Shown: piece by piece, positions 14,712 through 26,332 of the stretch | Layout: each line of letters starts with the position of its first letter | How positions within the stretch are numbered: the first letter of the stretch is position 1 | Origin: Williopsis jadinii | Taxonomy: Eukaryota | DNA length: 64,000 nucleotides | NCBI GenBank assembly: GCA_024346625.1 | Contig: AP024664.1 | Span: 2,480,001 to 2,544,000, forward strand | Direction: 5' to 3' | Notes under the pieces: generated by a model | What the model was told of the DNA's origin: nothing | The model's database searches: none | Seen by the model: the letters and a program-made list of their open reading frames with translations, nothing else | Program-made: the position numbers and the translations under genes

Positions 14712-16043
14712 ATGTCTCAGACAACAACTACACACACAAGCACCCTCAAACTCTCAACTTCGGCCCAATCGTTGACGGTTCAGCCTGGAAGGCTGATCAA
14801 CACGATCCACGAAACTGCACTTTTTGGAGCAAAGCACTCATGGGGTGATGATCCAACAGAGACTGGTGTCTGTCGTCTTGCCCTCAGTGATGAGGACAAA
14901 AAGGTTAAGGACTGGTTCGTTGCTGAGACCAAGAAGTTGGGATGTAAGATCACCATTGATGCTATGGGTAACATCTTTGCCCTCTTCCCAGGTCAAAAGG
15001 ATGCTAAACCGACAGCCATGGGCTCTCACTTGGATACACAACCAACAGGTGGTCGTTACGATGGTATCTACGGTGTACTGAGTGGTCTTGAAGTGTTGAG
15101 AACGTTGAAGGAGAACAATTACACTCCCAAATATCCAATCGTTCTTATCAACTGGATGAACGAAGAAGGTGCTAGATTCCCAATGGCGTTGATGGCATCC
15201 TCAGTGTGGGCAGGCCTCAACACAAAGGAGGAGATCTATCAAATGGAATCCATAACCGACGACACACCTGTTACAGTTGGTGAGGAACTTGAGAGAATCG
15301 GATACAAGGGAGACGTTGACTGCTCTCATTTGGCAATGCCGATCGCAGCGCATTTTGAGATTCACATTGAACAAGGACCTGTCTTAGAGCGTGAGGACAA
15401 AAAGATTGGTGTTGTTGTTGCTGTCCAAGGTTACAGCTGGTGGAAGGTTCACGTCAAGGGTAAAGAACAACACACCGGTACTACACCAATGAACATGAGA
15501 AGTGACGCATTGCTCGCCGTTGCCAAGATGATTGTTAAGGTCAACGAAATTGCACATAAGTACGATGGTATGGGTTCTACAGGAACTTTGGACTTGGAGC
15601 CAGGTGTCATGAATGTTATCCCTGGCGAGGTTAGTTTCGGTCTTGACTTCCGTCATCCAGACGATTCCAAGATGGCTTTACAGATCAAGGAAGCCAAAGA
15701 ATCGTTTGCTGAGATCGCCAAGTCCACCGGTGATCTTATCACCGTGGAGTTTGAGCACATCGCCACACAGCCTGCTACACACTTCAACGACACATGTATC
15801 AAATGTGTCCGCGAGAGCGCTGAAGAGTTGTATGATAAGGACGATATTAGGGACATCGTCTCGGGTGCTGGCCATGACTCATGTGCCACAGCATTGCACG
15901 TTCCCACTTCCATGATCTTCATTCCATCCAGAGATGGTGTATCTCATAACCCAGAGGAGTACAGCACGCCAGAGCAGGTGCATGAAGGATTCATGACGTT
16001 ACTGGGAGCAGTGTTGAAGTACGATGCATTGAGAGAAGAGTAG
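14712..16043 (+). CDS. PYD3: Beta-alanine synthase / N-carbamoyl-amino-acid amidohydrolase (M20 family)
   Basis: GSHLDTQPTGGRYDG, NEEGARF, HIEQGP, GAGHD and SHNPEEY motifs; N-terminus resembles Lachancea kluyveri Pyd3. Confidence 0.85.
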   Translation: MSQTTTTHTSTLKLSTSAQSLTVQPGRLINTIHETALFGAKHSWGDDPTETGVCRLALSDEDKKVKDWFVAETKKLGCKITIDAMGNIFALFPGQKDAKPTAMGSHLDTQPTGGRYDGIYGVLSGLEVLRTLKENNYTPKYPIVLINWMNEEGARFPMALMASSVWAGLNTKEEIYQMESITDDTPVTVGEELERIGYKGDVDCSHLAMPIAAHFEIHIEQGPVLEREDKKIGVVVAVQGYSWWKVHVKGKEQHTGTTPMNMRSDALLAVAKMIVKVNEIAHKYDGMGSTGTLDLEPGVMNVIPGEVSFGLDFRHPDDSKMALQIKEAKESFAEIAKSTGDLITVEFEHIATQPATHFNDTCIKCVRESAEELYDKDDIRDIVSGAGHDSCATALHVPTSMIFIPSRDGVSHNPEEYSTPEQVHEGFMTLLGAVLKYDALREE

Positions 16044-16664
16044 GCGCCCTTCCCCTCCCCCTTTGGTGAGTTTTCTTTTTTCAAGTCCCATATTTAGTTC
16101 AATATACATATACCATAGCAGTTATTTATCCGTAGTGTTCCATAGCGGCGCCGTTTCCCAGAAACGTTGGAGAGGAGCGTTGTGGCCAAACGCAACGTTA
16201 CGACTAGTCGCGCGCAGTACACCGTTAGGTGCCAAAGGTTGTCCTTTTCCGAAATTCCGTGGTGTGCTGCGCATACCAACTGATAAGGACGCTGTTATCT
16301 GGCCAATGAGATTTGGGCAACGCCTGAACAAAGGTAAAGCCGAGAAGTTGCGAAGCGTCGGAGTAGCACCAATTGGAAAGGGACCGTTGTGGGATGTTAA
16401 AGAGACGGGAGCTTGATGTGCAGTTGGTGTGGAAAAATTGAAGATCAATAACGTTACAATACGGTCATTATACTCTTAAAAGACACATAAGAGGGCAATT
16501 CAATAAATCCTAAATAGACGACTCATCATCTGTTGTGAGTTCAACGTTAGAGATACCACGGACGGTGCAGGAGGAAGTATACATTACAATAAGTGTCAAA
16601 GGTTCTATACTTCTCAAGTAAGGAAACAGAGAAAACGAAAAAAGGGATAGTTCACAAGTTGGTG

Positions 16665-18332
16665 ATGTCGAGCTCTCAAAGTTTTGAGATTGACGACTCT
16701 TCGGCCGAGTCACTATGGCGAATGTACTCGAAAGCGAAAGCGTCTTTACCGTATAAGGAGAGGATGCAGAATTTGACTTGGAGGATGATGAGTATGAAGA
16801 TGTTGAAAGAGCACGCAATGTATGAGAGAGAGGAGGGCATGAGGCACAAGTCTTACCATGCCACTGCCGATGAACACCAAGTGATACCACAACGTCTAGA
16901 ACCACCACCACACATTAGTACAAGTGATGAATACCTTGATTTTGGGAGTGATATAGACAACGCTCCTCTCAAGCCTAAAGTGACATCGAACCTTACAAAG
17001 TTCTTCATGGAGCAGCACGAGAAGGAAGAAACACGAGCAAATGACCCAACTTCTGACGATTTTGACTACGTTGCACACATAAAGAAGATTGGACAAGAGG
17101 AGCCACAACAGAACCTGCCTCCAGAACCGTACCTTCTAAACTCTGGAATGGAGATTCCAAATCCATCACATCCTCCAACGGATGTTTTCAATGGCTCAAC
17201 AAATAATGCACACAGTTTCTCATCTCACTTCAACAACAACAGTCATCATCTCATGGGGAGCTATATGGATTCACCAGGAAACGATGTGAATTCGTACATG
17301 GACCCTATGGATACGATAAGTTCATCTTATGAAGTACCCACAGGGCTTCACCATGCGTCTAGCTTTTCAGAAAACTCTGGAGGATTCCTCCACTCAGTTT
17401 ATGGTCAATCCCCAGCATCATCGACTGCACCAACGCCATCGATGGAGAATGGATCGTTTTTCGACTCATATTTTGGCGGATCACAACGCAACGGTGCAAA
17501 CTTTGCAAGTCAGTTGAGAACCGTCTCTTCAGTTACAAACTTCTCCTCTATGGATGCCACAAATGGAAGGGTTCATAGAGACGATGTCCCTATGATAGAT
17601 GAAGCAGGAATTCAATCACAGTTGTCGGCGTCCGTTGGAAGAAAACAATCAACTTCATCTGCAATCAAGAAGAAACAAGTTGCCTCCAAGCTGACAAAGA
17701 GCAAACGTGCATCTTCAACAACACAATTATCTACGGCGAGTGTGAGCCAGAAGAAGAACGAGAGCAGCTCAAATGCAAACACAAGATGTACAAACTGTAA
17801 CACCCAGACTACACCACTATGGAGACGTAACCCTGAAGGTCAACCTTTGTGTAATGCTTGTGGGTTATTCCTGAAATTACACGGTGTTGTGCGTCCGTTG
17901 TCTTTAAAGACCGATGTCATCAAGAAGAGACAGAGAGGCAACATGTCAAATACTATGAAGAAGGAACCAAGTCCTGCATCTCCAAACAAGACAAATGTAC
18001 CAACCACGAAGAAAAACTTACCCAAGAAGTCTACCTTGAAAAAGAAGCAGATATCCTCAGTAGCATCTGCCTCAACAACTCCAGGCCAAAGAGGCAGTGA
18101 CATGGATCTTGACCTTCAAATGACAGATGCAAATACTGTGTCTGCTGTACCAACTCCGGATCACTTTGGCTTTAATGATCATGCGGATTTTCAATTCATG
18201 CCATCGATCGAGTTCTCTCAAGAAAATACAAATAGCATAAACAGTGAAGCCCATGGCGAGAACTCACAAGCCGCTTCGGGAGATGGTGGAGCAACCAATA
18301 ATAATTGGGAGTGGCTTACAATGGCTCTATAA
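16665..18332 (+). CDS. GAT1: GATA nitrogen-regulatory transcription factor (Gat1/AreA)
   Basis: N-terminal [19 protein letters not shown], finger [25 protein letters not shown] and C-terminal WEWLTMAL. First in-frame ATG at 16665; GATAAG upstream at 16282. Confidence 0.93.
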   Translation: MSSSQSFEIDDSSAESLWRMYSKAKASLPYKERMQNLTWRMMSMKMLKEHAMYEREEGMRHKSYHATADEHQVIPQRLEPPPHISTSDEYLDFGSDIDNAPLKPKVTSNLTKFFMEQHEKEETRANDPTSDDFDYVAHIKKIGQEEPQQNLPPEPYLLNSGMEIPNPSHPPTDVFNGSTNNAHSFSSHFNNNSHHLMGSYMDSPGNDVNSYMDPMDTISSSYEVPTGLHHASSFSENSGGFLHSVYGQSPASSTAPTPSMENGSFFDSYFGGSQRNGANFASQLRTVSSVTNFSSMDATNGRVHRDDVPMIDEAGIQSQLSASVGRKQSTSSAIKKKQVASKLTKSKRASSTTQLSTASVSQKKNESSSNANTRCTNCNTQTTPLWRRNPEGQPLCNACGLFLKLHGVVRPLSLKTDVIKKRQRGNMSNTMKKEPSPASPNKTNVPTTKKNLPKKSTLKKKQISSVASASTTPGQRGSDMDLDLQMTDANTVSAVPTPDHFGFNDHADFQFMPSIEFSQENTNSINSEAHGENSQAASGDGGATNNNWEWLTMAL

Positions 18333-18383
18333 TATATAATGATGAGCAATACATAGGTAAATATCTATAGACACATTAATGAT

Positions 18384-19913
18384 TCAAGTACGCCTAGTTC
18401 TGTTATGGCTGACGCTCCCGTATCGCTCAGTGGTTGTTGTATAAACACCATCGTTTAGCATAGCCAGAAGAACCCCTTCTCTGGATTTAAACAGTGGTTC
18501 ACTAAGAGCTTTACGGTCAACCACACCAATAGCCATTTTCCTGTGAGATTGTTCATACGTTTTCTTCCCACTAAAGTTCATTGGTGTTTTATGATTATGC
18601 TTTGTAACCTTGAGCTTATCCGGAGGACATTTGATTGAGAATTCTGACGCACTTTCCAACGTCTCCATGCCGTCCAAGGAGGAATCAGGTGAATCGTTAT
18701 GTTTCAATGCTTTTGTCCTAATAGATGGTCTATCGTAATCTCGATAGTTGTTGAATGCTAGATATTTTGTATCTTTGATATCTGTGTCTTCCAAGTCTGG
18801 ATCTAAAGGTATTTGGACAGCATCAAAGAATAGCTCTTGGAGTTCGTCTAAATCTGCAGAGGCATTATTATTGTTGTTTTCAGCAGTAGGTGATAAGGCT
18901 CCCATTGGTGGTGAAATCTTGTTGACCAACATAGGATACACACTCTCCAAGGCGGGACAGTGCCTTCCATATGTATCTGATAAGAGTAAAAGTTGAAAGA
19001 CCAAAGCCAACAAGTAATTCTCCAAACCTTCGTTGACTGCTTTGTCAGTGACTTTGAGTGCAAGAGAATTCAGCAACGATGTAATACCTAGCTGTGAGAT
19101 ACCACTTGACCATTTTTTTGCCCCGTAACATGAAGCCAATGCTGCCACCTCGTCGATCAAATCCTCAACAACAATCCTGATCCTGTTTTCAGATACTAAT
19201 CTTGAATATCTGTTCTCCCCAAACAAGATAGCTGGAACGTCAAATGCCACATGTTTAAGACACTTTGACCATGCAGCATCGTGGAAATCTTCTGCGGTTG
19301 AAGCGATTTGAACATCACAGGACTTGGAGAGCATTGTAACAAAGTTTGACAACTGGCCATTCATGCCACAAGATGGTAACAGCATAACAATTTTCAGACC
19401 CGACTTGATGGTGAACTTTGAATAACCAATTACATCAACAGCACCAACAGAACAAGTGTTGACGCATCCAACATCTGGCAATGAATAGAATACACGCGTT
19501 TCAAGCCCGATTCCCATTTCGGAATCCACTATAAGAATAGAGTCATTTGTAACGTATTTCGAGAGGATCAGCAAAGAGTCATCAAATAGAGGGATACTAG
19601 ATGAGGCAATGACAACAACTGCAAATGTTAAGGTACGGCCTGATGAATCCATCTCCATAATTGTTCTAAAGCACCCATTATTGATGGTCAATTTCAAAGG
19701 TTCAGATGCACCTTGTGCCCATTCAAAGACATGATCCGTGTACAACGACACCCTAGTTAAATCGATACTGGTTGCAAGTTGCGCACAAGAGGAAGCCAAA
19801 TGGTGTGTTAACGGAGTATCACCAACTAGGTGGAATAGTTAGAATTTCGGATCTACTGATGTGGTTGTTCCTTCAAGTATCGACAGACTAATAAGCACCG
19901 TGAGTTTTGGCAT
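18384..19913 (-). CDS. OSW2: ApbA/ketopantoate-reductase-like Osw2/Svl3 family protein, 2 exons (19913-19889, 19825-18384)
   Basis: Removing a 63-nt intron (GTCTGT..TTCTAAC..TAG) gives MPKLTVLIIGDTPL, a Rossmann-type start. Neighbours ERG3/SPT8 as YLR054C does. Confidence 0.7.
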
Positions 19914-20233
19914 GTTTGGCTCAACAGTCAATCCCACAACCTCTTCAGAGACCTCCTGATGAAGGTGATATAACCACCATTTTACTCCTTTCCCAGGCAG
20001 ATGAGTTTTGTGTACAAAAACACTTCCTACATCAATATAGCGGCAAACGTATTAGGACAGCCATACAAAAACAGCCCAACTACAAGAGAAAGACCAGAAA
20101 GTACACAAATGGCATATCATCTTCATTCAATTGTTTTTTTGTTTTTCCTAAATATAAGTTGTAATTCCTTACCGTTCATCGTAACCGTTCCAATTAGTGA
20201 AAATAAAAGGAGAAAGTGTATATGTTTATCGTA

Positions 20234-21361
20234 TCATTTATTTTTCTTAGAGTCAGCGGTATCGATGTAGACTCTGTCATCAACGTCATCAGCCTCAACA
20301 ACCTTCTTTATGGCCTCCATCTTTTCGATTTGGGTTTCCCAAGTTGTTTTATCCTTCTTTTTACTCTTGTCGAACAGCTCTTGGTCTGGTTCCCTGTAAC
20401 TGTTACCAATTCTATCCCAAAGAGTGGTGAATTGACCATAGTTGTAGTTGAAGTACAGGTGGTGGATTGTGTGGCAAGCAGCACCGTTGATGACGGGATC
20501 CCTTGATAGGTACTCACCGTCGTGGATCATCACGGTCCAGAAGTTAACAAATGTGAAGAGGATCAGATAACTCAACTTGTGAAGCGGGAAAAGGAAAGGA
20601 TAAATATGGTAAGGCAGCGACTGAGCATACCCATCCACTGGGTGGAACGCGTGCGATGCGAATGGGGTGGTCACCAACCATTTGTGGTGTGGTTTGTGCA
20701 GTGCCCTGTAAACACCAGGCCAGTGGAGCCATCTGTGGATCAAGTAAATACCAAAGTCGGTGAACATGATGAAACAAGGGTATTGCCACAGGATTGCCCA
20801 CCATCCACCGTACACGGAGTCAACGTCCCAGTAAAGTTTCGAGTAGCCTTGGAGCTCCAAGAGGAACCATGGGATTGTGAGTAACACCATGATTGGGATC
20901 GAAGAGATCGCCATTTGTATCTCCAGAGACATCTGGTTCTTGAGATATCTTGGATGGTTGAAGATTGCCTTGTCAAATACAAAGAGATAACTCATCGAAG
21001 CAACGGAAAGATATAATGCCCACCCGAAAATGCTGAAAAGGACAAACAGCGATAGCGTTTGTCTCAAGAGGTTTGTTCTTGGTAAGAGCGAGGCATATGT
21101 GTCCGCTGTTGTGCGGAACCACACAGGCAAGACACCGTACTTCTCCGACTGCACCAGCTCAGACACAACTTCGTTGATCGAGCTGCTGGATTGGAACAGT
21201 CTGTGTGCTGATTCTGTAAAGTTCTCACTCAACGTGGAGTTGCTCAGGGCCAACGACTGTTGCACTGAAAGCGGAATCTTCGATCCTAGTGAAGCCGGGA
21301 AGAGATGTGCATAGACGTAGTCCAGTCCATAGGCGTCAAAGAACTCAAGAACTAAATCCAT
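20234..21361 (-). CDS. ERG3: C-5 sterol desaturase
   Basis: His boxes HRWLH, HKPHH and HTIHH; MDLVLE start. Confidence 0.97.
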   Translation of the reverse strand: MDLVLEFFDAYGLDYVYAHLFPASLGSKIPLSVQQSLALSNSTLSENFTESAHRLFQSSSSINEVVSELVQSEKYGVLPVWFRTTADTYASLLPRTNLLRQTLSLFVLFSIFGWALYLSVASMSYLFVFDKAIFNHPRYLKNQMSLEIQMAISSIPIMVLLTIPWFLLELQGYSKLYWDVDSVYGGWWAILWQYPCFIMFTDFGIYLIHRWLHWPGVYRALHKPHHKWLVTTPFASHAFHPVDGYAQSLPYHIYPFLFPLHKLSYLILFTFVNFWTVMIHDGEYLSRDPVINGAACHTIHHLYFNYNYGQFTTLWDRIGNSYREPDQELFDKSKKKDKTTWETQIEKMEAIKKVVEADDVDDRVYIDTADSKKNK

Positions 21362-21546
21362 TTCGCCCAGAGTAATAGATGCCTGTTCTTTGTTGAAGGA
21401 TTACACAAGTGAATGAAGCAAATTAGAGAAAGGAAAAAGTTTCCCGGAAAGTGAAAGCACGAAGGAAATAGGGTGTGCTTATATTTGTTTATTGGATGAT
21501 GTTTTTTTCCTTCCCTATGATTTTCCTCTCTTACCAAAAATGTGCG

Positions 21547-21975
21547 TCGTTTAACTTCTCGCAGTGTTTTCCTCTTCTTTTTTCATTCTTACCGCGTTGT
21601 ATTTCCCCCAATGTCGTACGAACTGTTGTTCCTTTTGCGGTTTTGCTCGTTTAAAAACTCCCCAATGCGCCACATACAAAAAGTCGTCGTTTAGCGGTTT
21701 TGATCTTCGTTTGTTTATGCGGCGCCAACCAGCTTTCTCCATCATGAGGTTTCCTCCTTCTCGCTTCCTCTGCCTGTGGGTTGATAAAGCTGATAAACGA
21801 AGATTAGTTCTAAGGGACTTGTTGAATACATACGGGCTTGTGGGAGTAAAAGAATGCAGTGTTATTATATCCTAGGATTATAAGTGTGTATTTCACAGAG
21901 CGATGCTTACTGTAGTGATTCTGTCATCCAATATAAAACGTGAAATGCCCCACGTAACGTCCATTTCTTATACGA
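21547..21975. promoter_or_regulatory. Upc2/Ecm22 sterol-response elements upstream of ERG3
   Basis: TCGTTTA at 21547 and 21647, TCGTTTAG at 21687, TAAACGA at 21794 and TATACGA at 21969. Confidence 0.7.
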
Positions 21976-22082
21976 CCAAAAAGAGTGGTGCGATAATTCA
22001 TGATAGATGTATAATTTTTTTCTCTCCTCTCAGTATACCAACCAAAACATTGACGTATGATCCAGGAAAGCGTTGTACCACC

Positions 22083-23039
22083 TTATGTTGAGCGCGTTGC
22101 CTTGAAATACCCGGTGATACGATCTCCACCGTCAAAGTATATCTTAAGCTCCTTCTCGAGGTCCTCCCATTTCGGACGGTTGAGATCTCCCTCTTCACGC
22201 TTACCTCTCGTCATGAGATCGGCACGGAGCCATTCAAGTGCCAGTGGATGCAAACTGTTCACCGCTTGGATTCGTATAAAGTCCTCATCCGTAATTCTAA
22301 TCACAGGCTGGTCCATGTGGTCCTGGATACCATCACCATCGTTGCACACAGAGTTGGAGGTATCGTACACCAAATCGGTTCCACACTTCAGGTTCTTTAG
22401 TACTTTACCACTCTGAATATGGATGACGTTTGTTGGCCATTGTCCAAGCCCATCAAAGATATGGGTTGCATAGATAATGGCGCATTCCCTCGTCTCAGTC
22501 TCCCTCTTCAAGAAGGACAGCAGCCTCTGTCTCACCAACACGTCGAGATCCACAGTGACCTCATCCAGTAGTAGAACCTTCCAGGGCTTCAAGAGGCCCA
22601 TGGCCAGTTGTACTCTTCTTCTTTCACCGTCACTCACCTGATGCATTCTCCAGGTGAGATCGATGTCCAATAACTCGATGAGCTCATCACGTCTTTCCGC
22701 ATAGACACTACCACCGATGGAGTCAATCAGCACTGTCACCGGGATGTCTCTTCTCACAATTGGGTTAGACGCCCATTCGGTACCAAGATAAGTAGTGATG
22801 TTTGAAGCGTCCGAGCCACCTCTGAAAGGATCGTGTCCCCCAATACCAATAGTCCCCGCAGTGCTCAAAGTCTTACCTGCGAGAAGCTTTAGCAATGTAG
22901 ATTTACCTGCACCGTTAGAACCAACAAGGAGCGTTCTGGATCTCCATGGAAGTTCAAGCTCGATATTGGCAAGCCCAACCTTCCCGTTAGAGAACTTGTA
23001 CGTTAAATGGTTTGTTTCAACGGCAAACTGGTCACTCAT
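22083..23039 (-). CDS. CAF16: CCR4-associated soluble ABC ATPase
   Basis: Walker A GSNGAGKST, signature VSDGERRRVQ and LLLDEVTVDLD; ATG at 23039. Confidence 0.93.
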   Translation of the reverse strand: MSDQFAVETNHLTYKFSNGKVGLANIELELPWRSRTLLVGSNGAGKSTLLKLLAGKTLSTAGTIGIGGHDPFRGGSDASNITTYLGTEWASNPIVRRDIPVTVLIDSIGGSVYAERRDELIELLDIDLTWRMHQVSDGERRRVQLAMGLLKPWKVLLLDEVTVDLDVLVRQRLLSFLKRETETRECAIIYATHIFDGLGQWPTNVIHIQSGKVLKNLKCGTDLVYDTSNSVCNDGDGIQDHMDQPVIRITDEDFIRIQAVNSLHPLALEWLRADLMTRGKREEGDLNRPKWEDLEKELKIYFDGGDRITGYFKATRST

Positions 23040-23260
23040 TTGATGTTGCTCTGTCAGTGTTGTATACACGTTATGTTAAGCTGACGATGAGGTGATAAAA
23101 TTCAAGGGGACGGGGGAAATGCCCACTGTAAATTTTATAGCGGGAGCTGACATGCTTGGTCGTTGGAGAAACGAGCACGTGAAAAATTCAAAGAGAAACA
23201 GAACCACAAAACAAAGCTCTTGGACATTTGTAAACAAAGACCAAGGGACGAATAGACGAA

Positions 23261-24865
23261 ATGGCTTTGGAAGAGGATGACATATTTAAGGAGTCTGATA
23301 TTCCGCTAGGCGAAGACGAGGATGAAGAGATGGAGGAGGAAGAGGAGGAGCTGAATTCTCTTGAGAAGGTGAATGAGCCGGAACACGAGAATGAAGACGA
23401 AGATATGGAAGAAGACGAAGAACAGGAGCAGCAGCAGGAACAGGAACAAGGGGCCGATGATGAAGAGGATGAAGAGGAGAATGACGTTGATGGCACTAGA
23501 GATACCGCGGACAGTCCTGCGACCTCGGTCAGCACAAAAGAAGTTGTCATTGACGATGAGGCGGCAAAGCATCAAGCGTTCTACAACTCTCTCATAATGA
23601 AGGCTTCGTTGGCTGATTCCTACGATATAGTGCCGAAAGTTGCCATTCCACACGCAACTGGTATAAATTGCTTTGCACTTCCAAAGACGTCTAAGTGGCT
23701 TTTCACTGGTGGTGAGGATGGGTTCATAAGGAAGTACGATTTCTTTGCTTCCATTGACGGTGAAATCCAATTGACATCTGCTCAGAGACACTCATTGGTT
23801 GATCTGATTACAAATGCCGGTGTACTGCTAGCATACTGGGACAACGAAATACCCGTGAAGAGAAGCTCGATAAAGGGTGATACGTATGAGCCTAAATTGT
23901 CCCCAGTGTACTCCTTAGCGGTGGAAAACAACTGTCTTTGGCTTCTTGGTGGGTTATCAACCGGCGGTATCAATTTGCAATCTATCAGGCACAACGAAGG
24001 TAGAATTGTACACCATTTCAAGGGTCATTCAAACTCGGTGTCTGTGCTGCAGCTAAACCAACGACAAGATCAATTTCTATCCGGAAGTTGGGATAACAAT
24101 ATAATCCAATGGGACTTGAACACCGGGAATCAAATCGCAAATTTCAAAGATTCAACTGGACAGATATCATCTATACAGTATAGACCATCAGGTGGGATCT
24201 CTTTAGATCAAGCTCAACAGGCTCAACCGGATGATGACGATATGGATTCACTGTTTGGAGACGACGACGACGATGACCGCAACAAAGTCGCTGATAAACT
24301 CAAAGAAAACAATCAACCAGGGGATCCACAGTCTGAAGTTGATGAGAATGTCTTTTTATCATCCTCCCTTGATGGATCACTTTATGTTTGGGACGTTAGA
24401 ACCCATAAACACGTGCTTAGACTGAAACCACCTAAGGGAACACCTCCTTGGTGTGTATCGGCTTGTTGGTCTTATGACGGTAACTCGATATTCGCTGGAA
24501 GAAGAAATAGTTGCGTCGAAGAGTTTTCATTAAAGATGCCTTTCAACTCTAGTGGTGATCCAACGCCGGCAAGAACACTCAAATTCCCTTCAGTTTCAGG
24601 TGCAGTTACAGCAGTATCGGCTTTGCCAAATCATAACCATGTGGTCTGTGGGTCATATGACAACATAAGAATCTATGATTTGAGACTCCATTCAGACTCA
24701 CAGAAAAAGACGCCATTCCTTATCGTTCCAGGCCACCACGGTGGTACAGTCTGTGATATAATGTTTGACCCAACATATAGGTATATGATTAGTGCTAGTG
24801 GTAACCGTGGATGGCAAGGAACGAGTATTGAAAGTGCGTTCGTCTACGAAGTGGGGATAGAATAG
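23261..24865 (+). CDS. SPT8: SAGA subunit, acidic N-terminus plus WD40 repeats
   Basis: LFTGGEDGFIRKY, DDDMDSLFG and TPFLIVPGHHGG. Confidence 0.95.
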   Translation: MALEEDDIFKESDIPLGEDEDEEMEEEEEELNSLEKVNEPEHENEDEDMEEDEEQEQQQEQEQGADDEEDEEENDVDGTRDTADSPATSVSTKEVVIDDEAAKHQAFYNSLIMKASLADSYDIVPKVAIPHATGINCFALPKTSKWLFTGGEDGFIRKYDFFASIDGEIQLTSAQRHSLVDLITNAGVLLAYWDNEIPVKRSSIKGDTYEPKLSPVYSLAVENNCLWLLGGLSTGGINLQSIRHNEGRIVHHFKGHSNSVSVLQLNQRQDQFLSGSWDNNIIQWDLNTGNQIANFKDSTGQISSIQYRPSGGISLDQAQQAQPDDDDMDSLFGDDDDDDRNKVADKLKENNQPGDPQSEVDENVFLSSSLDGSLYVWDVRTHKHVLRLKPPKGTPPWCVSACWSYDGNSIFAGRRNSCVEEFSLKMPFNSSGDPTPARTLKFPSVSGAVTAVSALPNHNHVVCGSYDNIRIYDLRLHSDSQKKTPFLIVPGHHGGTVCDIMFDPTYRYMISASGNRGWQGTSIESAFVYEVGIE

Positions 24866-24889
24866 TCGATTCAATATATAGATCATATC

Positions 24890-26137
24890 TCACGGCAATC
24901 CTAATCCATCAAGGAATGAATGCAGTTTTCCTGCATGGTTTGTGTTTACCAACCAACTCGATACTGTCTGGCAAAGGGCAGTATACCTCTGAGGATGGTG
25001 TTTGTTTAATAGTATACTAAGGACAATGCCAATGATACCAACGCTAAGGGAGATCTTTATTAGACGGTGATTCTTTTCATTCATCAACAATTTCACGATC
25101 ATAGGTGACGGCATCATTTGCTTCTTCATTAGTTTATCAAAATCGGTCTCAGCCCTAGATTGTACAAGCTTCCTTATGTCGCCCACGTAGACCTTAGACG
25201 TGGTCTTCATCACACTCCATTTCCTCAGTCTTTTAAAGCTCTTCAGTTTCTCTAGCGGCCACTTCTCAAGAATCTTGTACGAATCTGCAATGGCCAATTC
25301 AACATCGTCTAAAGAAACATCCATTAGGAACTTGGATAATGCGTTATGGACCAAGTCTTCCCTAGAAAACATGTCCTCCTGCTCCATCAATCTAATCTTT
25401 TCAAGGTACTTATCCTGTTGATTGATCATTAATGCCACGTAGATATAGACTACAATGCCGATGGATCCACATGCTAGAACTTGATCAAATATAAGACATA
25501 ACGATGGAAAGTTTTTGATGTCATGTGTGAGCAATGTAATGATTGGTGATAAGCAGAAAAACGGCTTCATACTTTCCAAACTCAATTCGTCGTACAGTTG
25601 TCTATCCACAAGCGATATGCATTCAGGAACCATGTTCAACATTTGAGTGGACATTGTCAAGTCAGGCATCATAAAGTCTCTCAAATGACAAAACGAAAAC
25701 ATCTCAAAGAACTTGTACGTAACTTCTGGTTCATCTCTATCCTTCAGTACAATAAGTATCAGTGCCGCAATGTCATGGAGGCCTTGGTAGTATGACAAAG
25801 TTGGGTGCTCCCTCAATAGCCTTACGATGAGGTCATTGAGTTCCTCACGGTACTTTTCATTATCCTTGGTCTGTAATCCCGACCGCACCAGGAACTGAGT
25901 TCTTTGAACATCAAGCATTACCTGATCCTCATCTCTATGACATGGCTGTGTTCTCCACCCTTCATCAACTTCTCCATAGACCTCATCAGGGAGTCCAGCA
26001 AGTTTTGGCCATATGACGGTCCGTTCTGTGGAGTTGAGCAACCGTGATCTTGCCTTGCACAATCTTTGGATGTCACTCAAGCTTGCACCAACAAGCACGG
26101 ACTCTGTTATCACAGCATCTTTCAAGAACGAAGACAT
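24890..26137 (-). CDS. GYP8: TBC-domain Rab GAP
   Basis: DEDQVMLDVQR, YYQGLHDI and LRDFM motifs; C-terminal TM segment. Confidence 0.88.
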   Translation of the reverse strand: MSSFLKDAVITESVLVGASLSDIQRLCKARSRLLNSTERTVIWPKLAGLPDEVYGEVDEGWRTQPCHRDEDQVMLDVQRTQFLVRSGLQTKDNEKYREELNDLIVRLLREHPTLSYYQGLHDIAALILIVLKDRDEPEVTYKFFEMFSFCHLRDFMMPDLTMSTQMLNMVPECISLVDRQLYDELSLESMKPFFCLSPIITLLTHDIKNFPSLCLIFDQVLACGSIGIVVYIYVALMINQQDKYLEKIRLMEQEDMFSREDLVHNALSKFLMDVSLDDVELAIADSYKILEKWPLEKLKSFKRLRKWSVMKTTSKVYVGDIRKLVQSRAETDFDKLMKKQMMPSPMIVKLLMNEKNHRLIKISLSVGIIGIVLSILLNKHHPQRYTALCQTVSSWLVNTNHAGKLHSFLDGLGLP

Positions 26138-26332
26138 CTGTCTGGGAGCAATGTGCGTTGTTATTTATAGGATGAAAAATTGGTATGTTATTTCCCTTTC
26201 TCCGTAAGTTTTGATCTCCTTTGAACGCATCACTGCTTAAGTTTCGCCCGTACCACTTGGAGGTAAAAACATGAGATATCTTCCAATAACATCAACGTCA
26301 CCAACCACCATCACCAACTTCTTAGCACCGCG

